From Candidatus Hodarchaeota archaeon (GTDB taxonomy: Archaea; Asgardarchaeota; Heimdallarchaeia; Hodarchaeales; Hodarchaeaceae), in contig JAEOTM010000170.1 of assembly GCA_016839815.1 (NCBI GenBank), positions 1 to 58,739 of the forward strand: DNA of 58,739 nucleotides, in the 5' to 3' direction. The number at the start of each line of letters is the position of its first letter. The stretch's first letter is position 1. This document shows, in pieces, positions 1 to 10,076 of the stretch. Below the pieces are notes generated by a model that did not search any database, was not told where the DNA came from, and saw only the letters and a list, made by a program, of their open reading frames with translations. The translations under genes and the position numbers were made by a program.

Positions 1-1917
1 AATTCTCAGTTAGTTGATATTTTCACCAAGGAGTTTTCTAGTCAATCAATTATGAAGTATATCTCTCGAATTTCTCAGTACCACCGAATTCAAGGTTCTC
101 AGGGATTTCATGATAGTGCACGATATATCCAATCTATTTTAAAAGACAATGATGTTTCTTCAAAGATTCTGGAATTTCCTGCAGATGGAAAATGGGATAA
201 ATGGGGTTGGATCTCACCAGTGACATGGAATATCAAATCTGGGGAATGTTGGTTGACTGCACCAGTCAAAAAGCAGCTTTGTCGATTTATTGACCATCCT
301 ATGAGTGTTATAACACATTCGAAGCCAGTAGATTTCGAATCAACTTTGGTCGATGTAGGAAGTGGTGATAAACCAGCTGATTATGAGAAAGCCGAAGGTA
401 AAATTGCTTTGATTACTGCAAGTCCACGGAGAATTTTCTCCTACGCGGATAAGCACAAAGTAAAAGGACTTTTACTACATCCAAATCTGAATCGTGCTGC
501 TCAGATCGGAGATAGAACTGTACAATATGATGGATTCTGGCCTATAGCTGAGAACTTAGATGAGGTTACTTCGGGATTTTCTATATCACATGCACAAGCT
601 AGGGAATTGCAGCAATATTTAAGTGCGAAAAAGGAAGTAAAGCTGCATTTCAAAATTGATGCCAGCTTTTCGGCTGATAGAGGAAAATTACACGTGCTTG
701 AAACAAGTATTGAGGGAACAGAGACTCCACAGGAAGAAATTGTTCTCATAGCACATCTTTGTCATCCCTCACTTGGTTCAAACGATAATAGTTCAGGGAG
801 TGGTACCTTGCTTGAAAGTGTCCTTAGCTTGAACCGAATGATCAAATCAGGACAAATTTCAAAACCAAAACGAACTATTCGATTTTTGTGGGTACCAGAA
901 TTCTCTGGAACGATCCCATGGTTAGCTGAATATGATCAACAACGGGAGAACGATAATAGGCAGATTCTTCTGGCATTAAATCTTGATATGGTCGGAGAGT
1001 CTCCAATTACGGTTGGTACACCCCTAACAATTAGTTCTCCCAGTATATCCACACCTTCATTCATACCAGGGATGATAAAATTAATTTCGGAGTATGTTAA
1101 GACAAAGAAAGTTTTACGCAATGGATGGACCTACCAATTAAATTATGATATTCAACCTTTTGCAGGTGGAAGTGACCATTTAATTTTCAATGACAATTAT
1201 TTTTCGATTCCAGGAGTAATGTTCGGCCATGATGACCCATATCATCATTCAAGTGCAGACTGCATGGATAAAGTTGAACCTCTTGAATGTCGTAGTGTCG
1301 GTGTGATTTCAAGTGTTGTTACATATGGATTAGCATGTTCGACAACTTCAAACCTACAAGAAATCTTACCATATGTTTTTTCAGATATCATCGAATCATT
1401 GGTGAATATTGACCAAAATGTCATTGAAAAACTCTCTCAATCTCAAAGAATTCGTCAGAACGAGCTCCTACTAAATTTATCGAAAGATAGGTTGCAGAGC
1501 ATATTAGTTATAGAGGATAATGATATTCTCAGAAAAGAAGTCAATCATTTTACAAAAATGATTGAAAGACATTTTACTCATTTAAATCAGAAGAATATGA
1601 ATGATGATAAAACAAAAGTCTCTCAGGATTCTGTAAAGACTCCCATAGTTAAAAGAAATTATATTGGTCCATTACCATTTAAACGTTTAATGTCTCCTGG
1701 TCGTTCTTTAGCAAATCAAGAAAAGTTTATGGCTCTCAGTGGAAAATATTGGGGAGGAATTATATTGGAATTCCTCAATCTAGTAGACGGAAGCTTGAAT
1801 ATTGAGGATATCTATCTTCAGCTCATATTGCCCTATCCTGAGCTGCAATTTGAAGATATCACATTCATTGTAGACCTCTTCATTAAGGAAAAAATACTCT
1901 CTGTTGTTGAATCCTAA
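1..1917 (+). CDS. M28-family/DUF4910-like aminopeptidase with PA domain and probable C-terminal winged helix (5' end probably outside the window)
   Basis: Frame is open from base 1 (NSQLVDIFTKEFSSQSIMKY...). Motifs HRIQGS, IAHLCHP..NDNSSG, VPEFSG, LNLDMVG, GGSDH and YHHSSAD are typical of M28/DUF4910 proteins. Confidence 0.8.
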   Translation, partial: NSQLVDIFTKEFSSQSIMKYISRISQYHRIQGSQGFHDSARYIQSILKDNDVSSKILEFPADGKWDKWGWISPVTWNIKSGECWLTAPVKKQLCRFIDHPMSVITHSKPVDFESTLVDVGSGDKPADYEKAEGKIALITASPRRIFSYADKHKVKGLLLHPNLNRAAQIGDRTVQYDGFWPIAENLDEVTSGFSISHAQARELQQYLSAKKEVKLHFKIDASFSADRGKLHVLETSIEGTETPQEEIVLIAHLCHPSLGSNDNSSGSGTLLESVLSLNRMIKSGQISKPKRTIRFLWVPEFSGTIPWLAEYDQQRENDNRQILLALNLDMVGESPITVGTPLTISSPSISTPSFIPGMIKLISEYVKTKKVLRNGWTYQLNYDIQPFAGGSDHLIFNDNYFSIPGVMFGHDDPYHHSSADCMDKVEPLECRSVGVISSVVTYGLACSTTSNLQEILPYVFSDIIESLVNIDQNVIEKLSQSQRIRQNELLLNLSKDRLQSILVIEDNDILRKEVNHFTKMIERHFTHLNQKNMNDDKTKVSQDSVKTPIVKRNYIGPLPFKRLMSPGRSLANQEKFMALSGKYWGGIILEFLNLVDGSLNIEDIYLQLILPYPELQFEDITFIVDLFIKEKILSVVES

Positions 1918-1945
1918 CTATCGTTTCACTCTAATCCTTGTAAGT

Positions 1946-2773
1946 CTAGATTGTAAGAAAAATCCGGCTTATCATAATTACCCCAATGACTAGTAGTGAA
2001 ATAATTATTACTTTTGTAATAAAAACACTCCGGATCCGATCACGAATCCTACACCCGACCTCTGCACCGATGATTAGTCCCAGCGTTAAGGGAATGAATA
2101 TGATATCTAAACTTCCATGAAGAAAATGTGTATATCCCCCAACTAAAGAAGTTATGACAATCATAAATGTAGCTGTGGCAGAAGCAATATTTGATGGGAC
2201 TCCAAAACCCGTTATCATTATAGGCGCTTTTATCCAGCCTGCACCTATTCCAAATATTCCAGCAAGCATACCACTTGTTATACCACTTATGATTAGCATC
2301 AAGATACCAATTTCACTAGATTCCCCTTTCCCAATATATTTCAATTTCGGTCCAAATGCCATAATCCTTTTGAAAAGTGGATTGTTTTGTTCGTTTATCG
2401 AATTTTGAGGATTTAACTCCTTTATCATCATATAAGCCATGATAAATGCAATTAATCCAAATATAAAATACAAAAGCGTTGGTGGAAGAAGTAGAGTTAA
2501 ATTTGCACCCAAAACTGCACCGAAAGCGGTAGGAATTTCAAATCCAATTCCTAATCGATAGTTGATAGTATTATGTCTGTGATTATGAAAAGTTGCCAAG
2601 ATCGAGGGAAAAAACAATGCCATCAAAGAATTCGCAGCAGCAGTTTCAATAGGATATTCCATTAGGATTAAAATCGGAAAAAGGAATACTCCACCCCCAA
2701 ATCCTCCAATCACTCCAACTATTCCAATACCAATACTGAGAATAAACAGGAAGATATGGATTAAAAATTCCAT
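1946..2773 (-). CDS. TauE/SafE-family (sulfite exporter-like) membrane protein
   Basis: Two internal repeats, G-x-GGG-x4-P (GGFGGGVFLFP) and GIFGIGAGWIKAP, plus about 8 TM segments. Confidence 0.85.
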   Translation of the reverse strand: MEFLIHIFLFILSIGIGIVGVIGGFGGGVFLFPILILMEYPIETAAANSLMALFFPSILATFHNHRHNTINYRLGIGFEIPTAFGAVLGANLTLLLPPTLLYFIFGLIAFIMAYMMIKELNPQNSINEQNNPLFKRIMAFGPKLKYIGKGESSEIGILMLIISGITSGMLAGIFGIGAGWIKAPIMITGFGVPSNIASATATFMIVITSLVGGYTHFLHGSLDIIFIPLTLGLIIGAEVGCRIRDRIRSVFITKVIIISLLVIGVIMISRIFLTI

Positions 2774-2877
2774 GCGCGATTACCTATCTAATGGGACTTC
2801 ATTGCTATAGATATATATGTACAAAGAAAAAAACTGGTTAACTGAATATCTCTTCAGGAATTATCGAAAAATTACTT

Positions 2878-3012
2878 CTATCCTCGCATTAGCAGGATTT
2901 GACATTTGGATGGATCATCTAAGTCCAAACAGGGCTTCTGCATTCCTGTATAGAATTTTTGACCCAGTTCTTTACACATACTATTAGCTTCATCATAATG
3001 GGGGCAAGTCAT
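2878..3012 (-). CDS. Unannotated 44-aa four-cysteine microprotein
   Basis: Read by hand: MTCPHYDEANSMCKELGQKFYTGMQKPCLDLDDPSKCQILLMRG*. AAAAAGGAG RBS lies 8 nt upstream of the ATG. It fills an otherwise empty 310-bp gap and is co-oriented with both neighbours. Confidence 0.7.
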   Translation of the reverse strand: MTCPHYDEANSMCKELGQKFYTGMQKPCLDLDDPSKCQILLMRG

Positions 3013-3083
3013 GGAATGATCTCCTTTTTAACAAGTGAATCATACTGGTGCTTATATAAAAAGAATTGTATTCAATTATACCT

Positions 3084-4547
3084 TTATTCTGAAAGCGTTA
3101 ATTCTCCCGTTTCAACACGTTCGGAGATTTGAGCTTTTCTTAATAATGATATACCAGCCCCAAGTAACGCAAACAACGCAAAAATCAAATATGTTGACTC
3201 CATGCCTTGATAATAACTTGAAATGAAAATCTGGCCACTTCTAATATCATCGGGATTTTGTGTTAGAAAAAATAAGCTAAAGAACGCGGATGTTAATGTC
3301 GTTCCTAATGTAAACCCAATATTTCTTGAGAGACCAATAAGTCCAGATACTACACTTACATCCTGTTTTGGAGCTGCATTCATAACTGAGGTTCCATTAG
3401 AAACTGTAAATGTGGTTAACGCTCCTGCAGATAATGCTACTAAAGGAACAATTATGTATAATTCTAAATCGATGGTTAATGCAAGAAAGAAGATGAAACT
3501 ACCTAATAAAAAAGCACCAAACGACGCTAGCTTGCGAATATCAATGCTTTCAGCAAATAATCCCGCTATAGGACCCATAATCGCCATTGCAACAGGAGGG
3601 ACTATCATGAGAACTCCTGATTGTGTTGGGGAAAATCGTAACACTTCTTGATAAAAAAATGGTAAACGAAAAACCATTCCGTAGTAGACCATATAACAGA
3701 GAAACGAGGAGATAATACCTGTTAATATAGTTCTATTCTTCATGATTTTTAGCGAAATCATTGGTTTTGGATTTTTTATTTCTAAATAAACAAAGAGGAC
3801 TCCAGATAATATTGCAGAAATAATCAGAAATCCCCCGATTACTTCATCCTTAAAGATTATTAACACTCCTCCGACAAAAGAGAAGGCAGTAACTATAAAT
3901 ACGAGCATTCCCACGTAATCAATCTTTATTTCGTCTCTACGGGGAGTTTCTGGGATATTAAAATGAACCAAAATGAGACCAATTAATCCTATAGGGAAGT
4001 TAATTAAAAAGATACTCTGCCATCCGATGAATTCAGAAAGGAAACCACCAAGAACAGGCCCAGACGACAAAGCAGAAGCAACAACTAATGAATTTAATCC
4101 AATAGCTCTTCCGCGAATCACAGGATCAACATAGGTTATCACCAAAGCAAGACCATTTGCTGTCAATCCAGCTCCACCGATTGCTTGAATTGCCCTAGAA
4201 ATCGTTAACATCTCAAGGGAAAAAGATCCAGCACAGAGTATAGATCCAAAGATGAATAATCCCATCCCAACTTGAAAGACTTTCTTCCGACCATAATTAT
4301 CTCCTAACATGCCTGAAATTCCAATGAAACATGAAATTACCAATAAATAGACAATAACAATTAGATGTATATCATTGCTACTTGTATTCAAACTTTCGGC
4401 AATTGTTACTAAGGAAACATTAACAATAGATCCATCCATGGCTGACATGAATGTACCGATGGCTGTTATTGGCAAAATTAAGTTTAACGGAATGAAAGTC
4501 GATTTCGACTTTTCTAGATTGGGAAGAGAGGGATTATCATCTACCAT
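3084..4547 (-). CDS. MFS drug:H+ antiporter, DHA2 (EmrB/QacA) family
   Basis: FMSAMDGSIVNVSL, motif A (GMLGDNYGRKK), RAIQAIGG and GPVLGG..GWQSIFLINFPIG, with about 14 TM. Confidence 0.9.
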   Translation of the reverse strand: MVDDNPSLPNLEKSKSTFIPLNLILPITAIGTFMSAMDGSIVNVSLVTIAESLNTSSNDIHLIVIVYLLVISCFIGISGMLGDNYGRKKVFQVGMGLFIFGSILCAGSFSLEMLTISRAIQAIGGAGLTANGLALVITYVDPVIRGRAIGLNSLVVASALSSGPVLGGFLSEFIGWQSIFLINFPIGLIGLILVHFNIPETPRRDEIKIDYVGMLVFIVTAFSFVGGVLIIFKDEVIGGFLIISAILSGVLFVYLEIKNPKPMISLKIMKNRTILTGIISSFLCYMVYYGMVFRLPFFYQEVLRFSPTQSGVLMIVPPVAMAIMGPIAGLFAESIDIRKLASFGAFLLGSFIFFLALTIDLELYIIVPLVALSAGALTTFTVSNGTSVMNAAPKQDVSVVSGLIGLSRNIGFTLGTTLTSAFFSLFFLTQNPDDIRSGQIFISSYYQGMESTYLIFALFALLGAGISLLRKAQISERVETGELTLSE

Positions 4548-4712
4548 TACAGCTAACTCGATAAAATTGGGTCCAATGTGGGATGATGCTGAATATCTTT
4601 AGAGTAAAAAGTTTTCCATTGTCTACGATTAAGAGTATCCTAAGGAAAGTATTTCAAGGTAGAAAGTTCACTTTGGCTTACATATTTTAATTTAAAAAAT
4701 GGGTTCTGGCCT

Positions 4713-5378
4713 TTGACTAAGCTAAAATTATTTTTCCTGATTTTAATAACAGGAATTCTGATAATGGGAAATCCAAACAATTCGACGACCATAATTGTAA
4801 CATCTATGGATTCATCTTTAGATTTTGAATTCCAACTTTTGAATTCGACATCCGTAATGTTATCCAACTATGAAGGTAATCCTATAGTTTTAGACTTCTT
4901 CGCTACTTGGGCTCAACCCTGTATAACCCAAGAAGCAGAATTAGCCAAAGTTCATGACCACTACCCGAATATTACAATCATCTCGATTTCCATTGATCTT
5001 AGCGACTCCATTGCCGCATTATCTGATTTTCAGAATAATAACAATATGACTTGGGTTGTTGGAAGAGATTTCAAAGAAGAAGCAACAAACTATTTCTCGA
5101 TCACTTCAATTCCCACTCTAGCATACATTGGATACTCTGGAAGCGTACTTCACCATAATTCTGGAGTCCAAAGTTACACTACAATTTCTACATGGATAAC
5201 TTCTGATCCAGAACCTATATCATCAACTTCTGTATCATCCACAAACGTATTGACAATTTCAGACACCTCATTAACTACTACTACCTTACCACATATTACA
5301 TCGGGATTAGAATTTCTGATTAGTGTACTCTGGTTAGTGGGTATAGGTCTATACCATTCAAAACGAACCAGGATCTAG
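4713..5378 (+). CDS. Membrane-anchored TlpA/ResA-like thioredoxin-fold protein (AxxC variant) with Ser/Thr linker and CTERM-like tail
   Basis: Signal peptide. Motifs LDFFATWAQPC, ISISID and SIPTL (cis-Pro). S/T-rich linker, then TSGL-TM-basic tail. Confidence 0.8.
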   Translation: MTKLKLFFLILITGILIMGNPNNSTTIIVTSMDSSLDFEFQLLNSTSVMLSNYEGNPIVLDFFATWAQPCITQEAELAKVHDHYPNITIISISIDLSDSIAALSDFQNNNNMTWVVGRDFKEEATNYFSITSIPTLAYIGYSGSVLHHNSGVQSYTTISTWITSDPEPISSTSVSSTNVLTISDTSLTTTTLPHITSGLEFLISVLWLVGIGLYHSKRTRI

Positions 5379-5459
5379 TGGTCGATTTCTCTCGAAAAGC
5401 ACCAAACTCTTTTTTTTTCAGACCATAGATAATATGAATGGATCCTTAAAACCTATTCA

Positions 5460-6389
5460 TTGTCAAAATCTGGTGTAAATCTTATGTCTTGGTCTAAATC
5501 TGAGTTACATGATCTTCAATTAGCGGGTAGAATTGCTCATTTAACCTTAGATCAAGTAGAGAAGGTAATTAAACCAGGATTAGAAATTGCTAAGCTATAC
5601 GACCTCACAGAATCTCTAATAACAAAAAAAGCCGATCTAGCTTTTCCCCCCAATATTTCTATTGACCATTACGCAGCTCATGATTCAGCTGGAATTAATG
5701 AAAAACGCATCTTAGCTAAAAAAGCACTTGTCAAAGTTGATATTGGTGCCAATGTGAATGGGATGCTCTCTGATACAGCCCGTACCTTTAGTCTTGATGG
5801 TAAACACTCCCGTTTAATTAAAGCTTCCAAAGAAGCTCTCAATGCAGCAATTTCGATCATTAAACCTGGATTACGGGTCAATGAGATAGGGGTGGCTATT
5901 CAAGACACTATCGAATCCTTTGGATTCAAGCCAATTGCAAATTTAACTGGGCATGAGCTTGAAAAAGGACATTTACACACCGGGTTATCGATTCCAAGTG
6001 TGAAATCAATGCCTTTTGCCAAGAGAGCCAAATTAAAGGCGGGAATGATATTAGCCATTGAGCCATTCGCGACGAATGGAAAAGGAATGAATTCAGGGTA
6101 TGTAGAAGATGCTCCAAGACCAGCATTGATATTTTCCACAAGAGGAAAACCAAAATCTCCGATTGGGAAGCAATTAGTTCAACGGTTTGGAAAGGTTCCT
6201 TTCTCCCTTCGCAGTGCAGCACGCTATTTAAATAATGAAAATATTAGTTTTCCAGCCGATTTGGGAGCTATCTTAGTTGATGATAAATTTCATGGATACA
6301 AACCACTAGTTGAACGTACAGGAGGATTAGTCAGTCAAGCAGAACATACTGTACTTGTTACTACTAAGGGTGGACGGATCATTACGTAA
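5460..6389 (+). CDS. map: Methionine aminopeptidase, type II (ATG at 5484 is a plausible true start)
   Basis: AFPPNIS..AAH, KVDIGA, LSDTA, LTGH, IEPF and QAEHT metal ligands, plus the type II helical insertion. Confidence 0.92.
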   Translation: MSKSGVNLMSWSKSELHDLQLAGRIAHLTLDQVEKVIKPGLEIAKLYDLTESLITKKADLAFPPNISIDHYAAHDSAGINEKRILAKKALVKVDIGANVNGMLSDTARTFSLDGKHSRLIKASKEALNAAISIIKPGLRVNEIGVAIQDTIESFGFKPIANLTGHELEKGHLHTGLSIPSVKSMPFAKRAKLKAGMILAIEPFATNGKGMNSGYVEDAPRPALIFSTRGKPKSPIGKQLVQRFGKVPFSLRSAARYLNNENISFPADLGAILVDDKFHGYKPLVERTGGLVSQAEHTVLVTTKGGRIIT

Positions 6390-6418
6390 TTGTAAACGGA
6401 TTATTCTATATTCTTCAT

Positions 6419-7315
6419 TTAAAGTTCGGACATCTTATTGAGAGAGATTGCTGGGGTACCCTTTTCTTTCATCATGAAATCATAAACTGATTTCCAGATT
6501 TTCGCCTCTGAATTCCATTTATTCTCAAAATTATTAATACTAAACCAAGCTTCAAGAGCATCCTGTTCGGGTTGCCCCCATTCCTCCCCTGAAGAAGTAG
6601 TTAAATATCCCAAGTCAATCAAAACTGATCTAATCTTTGTTTCAATCTCACCATCTATTTGTAGGAGGTTTTCTGGCTCTTCTCTTGTGAGAAAAATCAT
6701 ATCGTATATTTCGAATATTCTTTGCAATTCTTTAATTGGTTCTACATGTTCGTCAACGCGTATATCGACTAATCGATCTGTATACCCACCATAACTACCC
6801 CCTTCCCGTACTACAAGAAGTGATGCTGATTGTTTTCCACGACGGTCACCCATTCCTTCTGTTCCACCCGCACTAAGACTAGCCAGTAACTTATCAGAGA
6901 TATCACCCTTGGTTGTTTCATAAGCCTTTGCCATCGCTTCCACAGTATCTTCACTTATGAGAATATTCCCTTGAACACTATAGGAATCCCCTACAATATG
7001 GCCAGCCCATTCAAAACATTCTTTCCCTGTATGAGTAGCTACTCCTCCCTTTGTATCAATTATTGCGACTTGTCGATGTTCTTTTTCCTCATCTTCGCTG
7101 ATTAACTTTTTTATTACATCATTGGCTCCAAGCCCCGTAGCTAGCAACTCCAATCCCCTCGGTCCATATGAAACGTTAGCCATGGCTTGGGTAGCTATCG
7201 CGCCTACCTCTACTTTTGCCCATGGAACAATCGCCCCAACACAGATAAATTTACTTTGTACAGCCACACCTAATTCCCCCGTATTTTCATCATAAGCAAC
7301 TATAGAAAAGGTCAT
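6419..7315 (-). CDS. DUF1028 Ntn-hydrolase-like protein with C-terminal PG-binding-like domain
   Basis: N-terminal MTFSIVAYD..GELGVAVQSKF, plus GAIATQA, QGNIL, GDRRGKQSA and DIRVDEH..PI.EL. Confidence 0.88.
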   Translation of the reverse strand: MTFSIVAYDENTGELGVAVQSKFICVGAIVPWAKVEVGAIATQAMANVSYGPRGLELLATGLGANDVIKKLISEDEEKEHRQVAIIDTKGGVATHTGKECFEWAGHIVGDSYSVQGNILISEDTVEAMAKAYETTKGDISDKLLASLSAGGTEGMGDRRGKQSASLLVVREGGSYGGYTDRLVDIRVDEHVEPIKELQRIFEIYDMIFLTREEPENLLQIDGEIETKIRSVLIDLGYLTTSSGEEWGQPEQDALEAWFSINNFENKWNSEAKIWKSVYDFMMKEKGTPAISLNKMSEL

Positions 7316-7505
7316 GAGAAATTCACCTATCTGACTTGATTGGATGACCTAATTTTTAACATAGCTTTGACAATAATATTGCCAATATCATCTAACACTT
7401 ATATACAAGGTTTTTAAATTGCCTACCTTCCAAAGAAGAAGACGAGTAGACCTAAATAGAATTCATTTATTAGGACATAGCTTATCTCAAAAAAGAGGAT
7501 GAATT

Positions 7506-8822
7506 TTGGATATCACTGCAAATTCAGAGTTAGAAAATTATTTGAAACACTATTTTGTTTTCTTAACTGGGCAATGGGTTTCAATTCTTGGATCTAATAT
7601 TGTAAGATTCGGAATTATTTGGTATCTTACAGTAAAGACTGGAAATTCTTTCATTCTTGCCTTAGCTGTGTTTTTTGCCTTTGCTCCATTTATAATAGCA
7701 ACTCCCGTCTCTGGAGTATTCGTTGATCGCTGGGATCGCAAGAAAATTATCATATTTGTCGATTTAATTCAAGCATTATTAACACTTGTACTTATTGGAG
7801 CCTTTGCAGGTATAGCCATCCCAGAAATCGATTTACGCATATTTTTTACTGATGATGACTTAATTTTGATTATCTTTGGAGTAAGTATAATATCTGGAAT
7901 TTTTGGAGCATTTCATACGGCTGCAGTAGATACACTCTTACCGATTATGGTTCCACAAAAGTATTTGAGTCGTGTGAACGGACTTAATTTCCTTGTAAAT
8001 GGAGGGATTCAAATAATTGGTCCAATCATAGGTGCTTTTGCTTTGAGTTTCGTTCTCATGCGCGATCTTTTTTGGCTGGATGTAATTACTTTCTTAATTG
8101 CAGTAATCCCCACTTTTCTTATTACTATCCCACGTGTAACGCAAAAATCTCTTGAGATTAAAGAGAAAACTTCTTTTAAAACGGAATTTAATGAGGGTAT
8201 CACCTTTATAAGTGCCACAAATGGCCTTTTGGCATTGCTAGCTGTTTTTACGGGTGCAAACTTCTTTTTAGGTCCTATTTTTTCTCAGATACCAATATTA
8301 GTGTCTGAAATTCATCAGGGGAGTGAAGCCAATTTAGCATTTGTATTATCTATGCAGCAAGTTGGCATGTTATTCGGTTCACTTCTTATGAGTTCCTGGA
8401 AAGGATTTGAAAATAATGCAAAAGGAGTGGCTTCGGGATTATTCATAGGCTATATTGGAATGAGTGTTATGATCTTAGCTCCCCTAGGAAACTATTATGT
8501 GCTAGGAGGGGGATTACTTATTACCGGTTTTGTATTACCTTTAGCAAATGTTTCGAGTGAAACTATTTGGGCAAAGATTGTACCAAAAGATATCTTAGGA
8601 AGAGTCTATTCTGTCCGTAGAACTATTGCACAAGCTTCCGCACCTGTGGGAATATTATTAGGAGGTTTTTTAGCAGAAGTATTTGGATTAGTACCAATTA
8701 TAGGTCTTTTTACATTAGCTGGCGCTTTACTCTTGCTATACGCGTGGTTATTTACCTCTTTTTCTCATGTGGAGCAGCTTGCGAATGAATCTCTTAGTCT
8801 TGAGAAAGATGGAAAACAGTAA
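7506..8822 (+). CDS. MFS transporter, DHA3/MefA-like
   Basis: GQWVSILGS, motif A (GVFVDRWDRKK), MVPQKYLSRVNG and LGRVYS, with about 12 TM. Confidence 0.88.
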   Translation: MDITANSELENYLKHYFVFLTGQWVSILGSNIVRFGIIWYLTVKTGNSFILALAVFFAFAPFIIATPVSGVFVDRWDRKKIIIFVDLIQALLTLVLIGAFAGIAIPEIDLRIFFTDDDLILIIFGVSIISGIFGAFHTAAVDTLLPIMVPQKYLSRVNGLNFLVNGGIQIIGPIIGAFALSFVLMRDLFWLDVITFLIAVIPTFLITIPRVTQKSLEIKEKTSFKTEFNEGITFISATNGLLALLAVFTGANFFLGPIFSQIPILVSEIHQGSEANLAFVLSMQQVGMLFGSLLMSSWKGFENNAKGVASGLFIGYIGMSVMILAPLGNYYVLGGGLLITGFVLPLANVSSETIWAKIVPKDILGRVYSVRRTIAQASAPVGILLGGFLAEVFGLVPIIGLFTLAGALLLLYAWLFTSFSHVEQLANESLSLEKDGKQ

Positions 8823-8872
8823 ACCGAGGAAAACTTATTCAAACTACCAACTCATGACATATCTGATTATCG

Positions 8873-10024
8873 ATGTGTGATACTTTCATTGCATTATCAG
8901 ATGCGACATTAGATGGTTCGATTATTTTTGGGAAAAATTCTGACCGGCCTTATTCTGAAATTCAAAACATTACCTATTATCCTCATAAGGAGTATAAAGA
9001 ATCAGAGGTACAATGTACCTACATAAAAATCCCTCAAGTTGAAAATACTAATGCGGTTCTCCTTTCTCAGCCATTGTGGATGTTTGGAGCAGAGATGGGG
9101 GTTAATGAGCATGGTGTAGTCATTGGAAATGAAGCTGTGTGGACTCGTGAACCTCTTGGCCCTCCAACTCTTCTTGGTATGGATATCCTTCGTCTAGCAC
9201 TTGAACGTTCTCGAAATGCGGAGCAAGCCCTTAAAGAAAGTATTAGACTATTAGAGGAATATGGTCAAGGAGGACCGTGTGCAGAAAACGATTCATCCTT
9301 AGATTATCACAACTCATATCTTATTGCAGACCAATCAGAGGCATGGGTTTTAGAGACAGCAGGAAAATGGTGGGTAGCAGAACGCGTAAAATCATCCACA
9401 AGAAATATTTCAAACAGTTTGTCTATTAGAACACAGTTTGATCTCGCAGCCGATGGATTAGTAGATTATGCTCTAGAAAAAGGATTATACCAGTCGTCTA
9501 TTGATTTCGACTTTGCAAAATCATTCGGGTTACATTGGAGGGAGCCCAGTTCATTTTCTCGTGAAGGGATAGGTCAGATCATGATGCAGAAAGAAGCTGG
9601 AGGAATTACGCCTCTCACGATGATGCATGTATTACGTAGCTGTGAATCGGGCATATGTATGCATGGTGGTTTTAGAAGTACTGCTTCTATGGTTTCCCAG
9701 CTGTTTTCTTCCAAACCAGATATTCATTGGATGACTGGTACCCCCTATCCCTGTAAAAGCCTGTACAAGCCAATAGCTTTTCCACCTGGTAATCTTGAAG
9801 CATATCAACCAGCAACAAGAAATCAAAACCAGAAATCAATTTGGTGGGCTCATGAAATGATCTCAGATACTAAAAAAATAGAATTTCCCTCTTGGAAGGA
9901 GTATCAGGAAGATCTGTTCTTGAAAATGAAGGAAGTAGATGTAGGACAATATCAGGACATTACTAAACAGGCCTTTACAACTGAACAAGAAAAGTATTCA
10001 ACTCTCCTAAACAATAATCACTGA
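8873..10024 (+). CDS. Secernin/peptidase C69 family dipeptidase
   Basis: N-terminal nucleophile MCDT, plus FGKNSDRP, WMFGAEMGVNEHGVVIGNEA, LLGMDILRLALER and AWVLETAG. Confidence 0.9.
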   Translation: MCDTFIALSDATLDGSIIFGKNSDRPYSEIQNITYYPHKEYKESEVQCTYIKIPQVENTNAVLLSQPLWMFGAEMGVNEHGVVIGNEAVWTREPLGPPTLLGMDILRLALERSRNAEQALKESIRLLEEYGQGGPCAENDSSLDYHNSYLIADQSEAWVLETAGKWWVAERVKSSTRNISNSLSIRTQFDLAADGLVDYALEKGLYQSSIDFDFAKSFGLHWREPSSFSREGIGQIMMQKEAGGITPLTMMHVLRSCESGICMHGGFRSTASMVSQLFSSKPDIHWMTGTPYPCKSLYKPIAFPPGNLEAYQPATRNQNQKSIWWAHEMISDTKKIEFPSWKEYQEDLFLKMKEVDVGQYQDITKQAFTTEQEKYSTLLNNNH

Positions 10025-10076
10025 TCTGATGACTAATTAAGTCAGTTTTTAAATTGATGAAAACCAAGGGATAGTC

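Noticed and set aside
4900-4925. Possible selenocysteine (UxxC) in the thioredoxin-fold protein
   Set aside because: The codon is GCT (Ala), not TGA.
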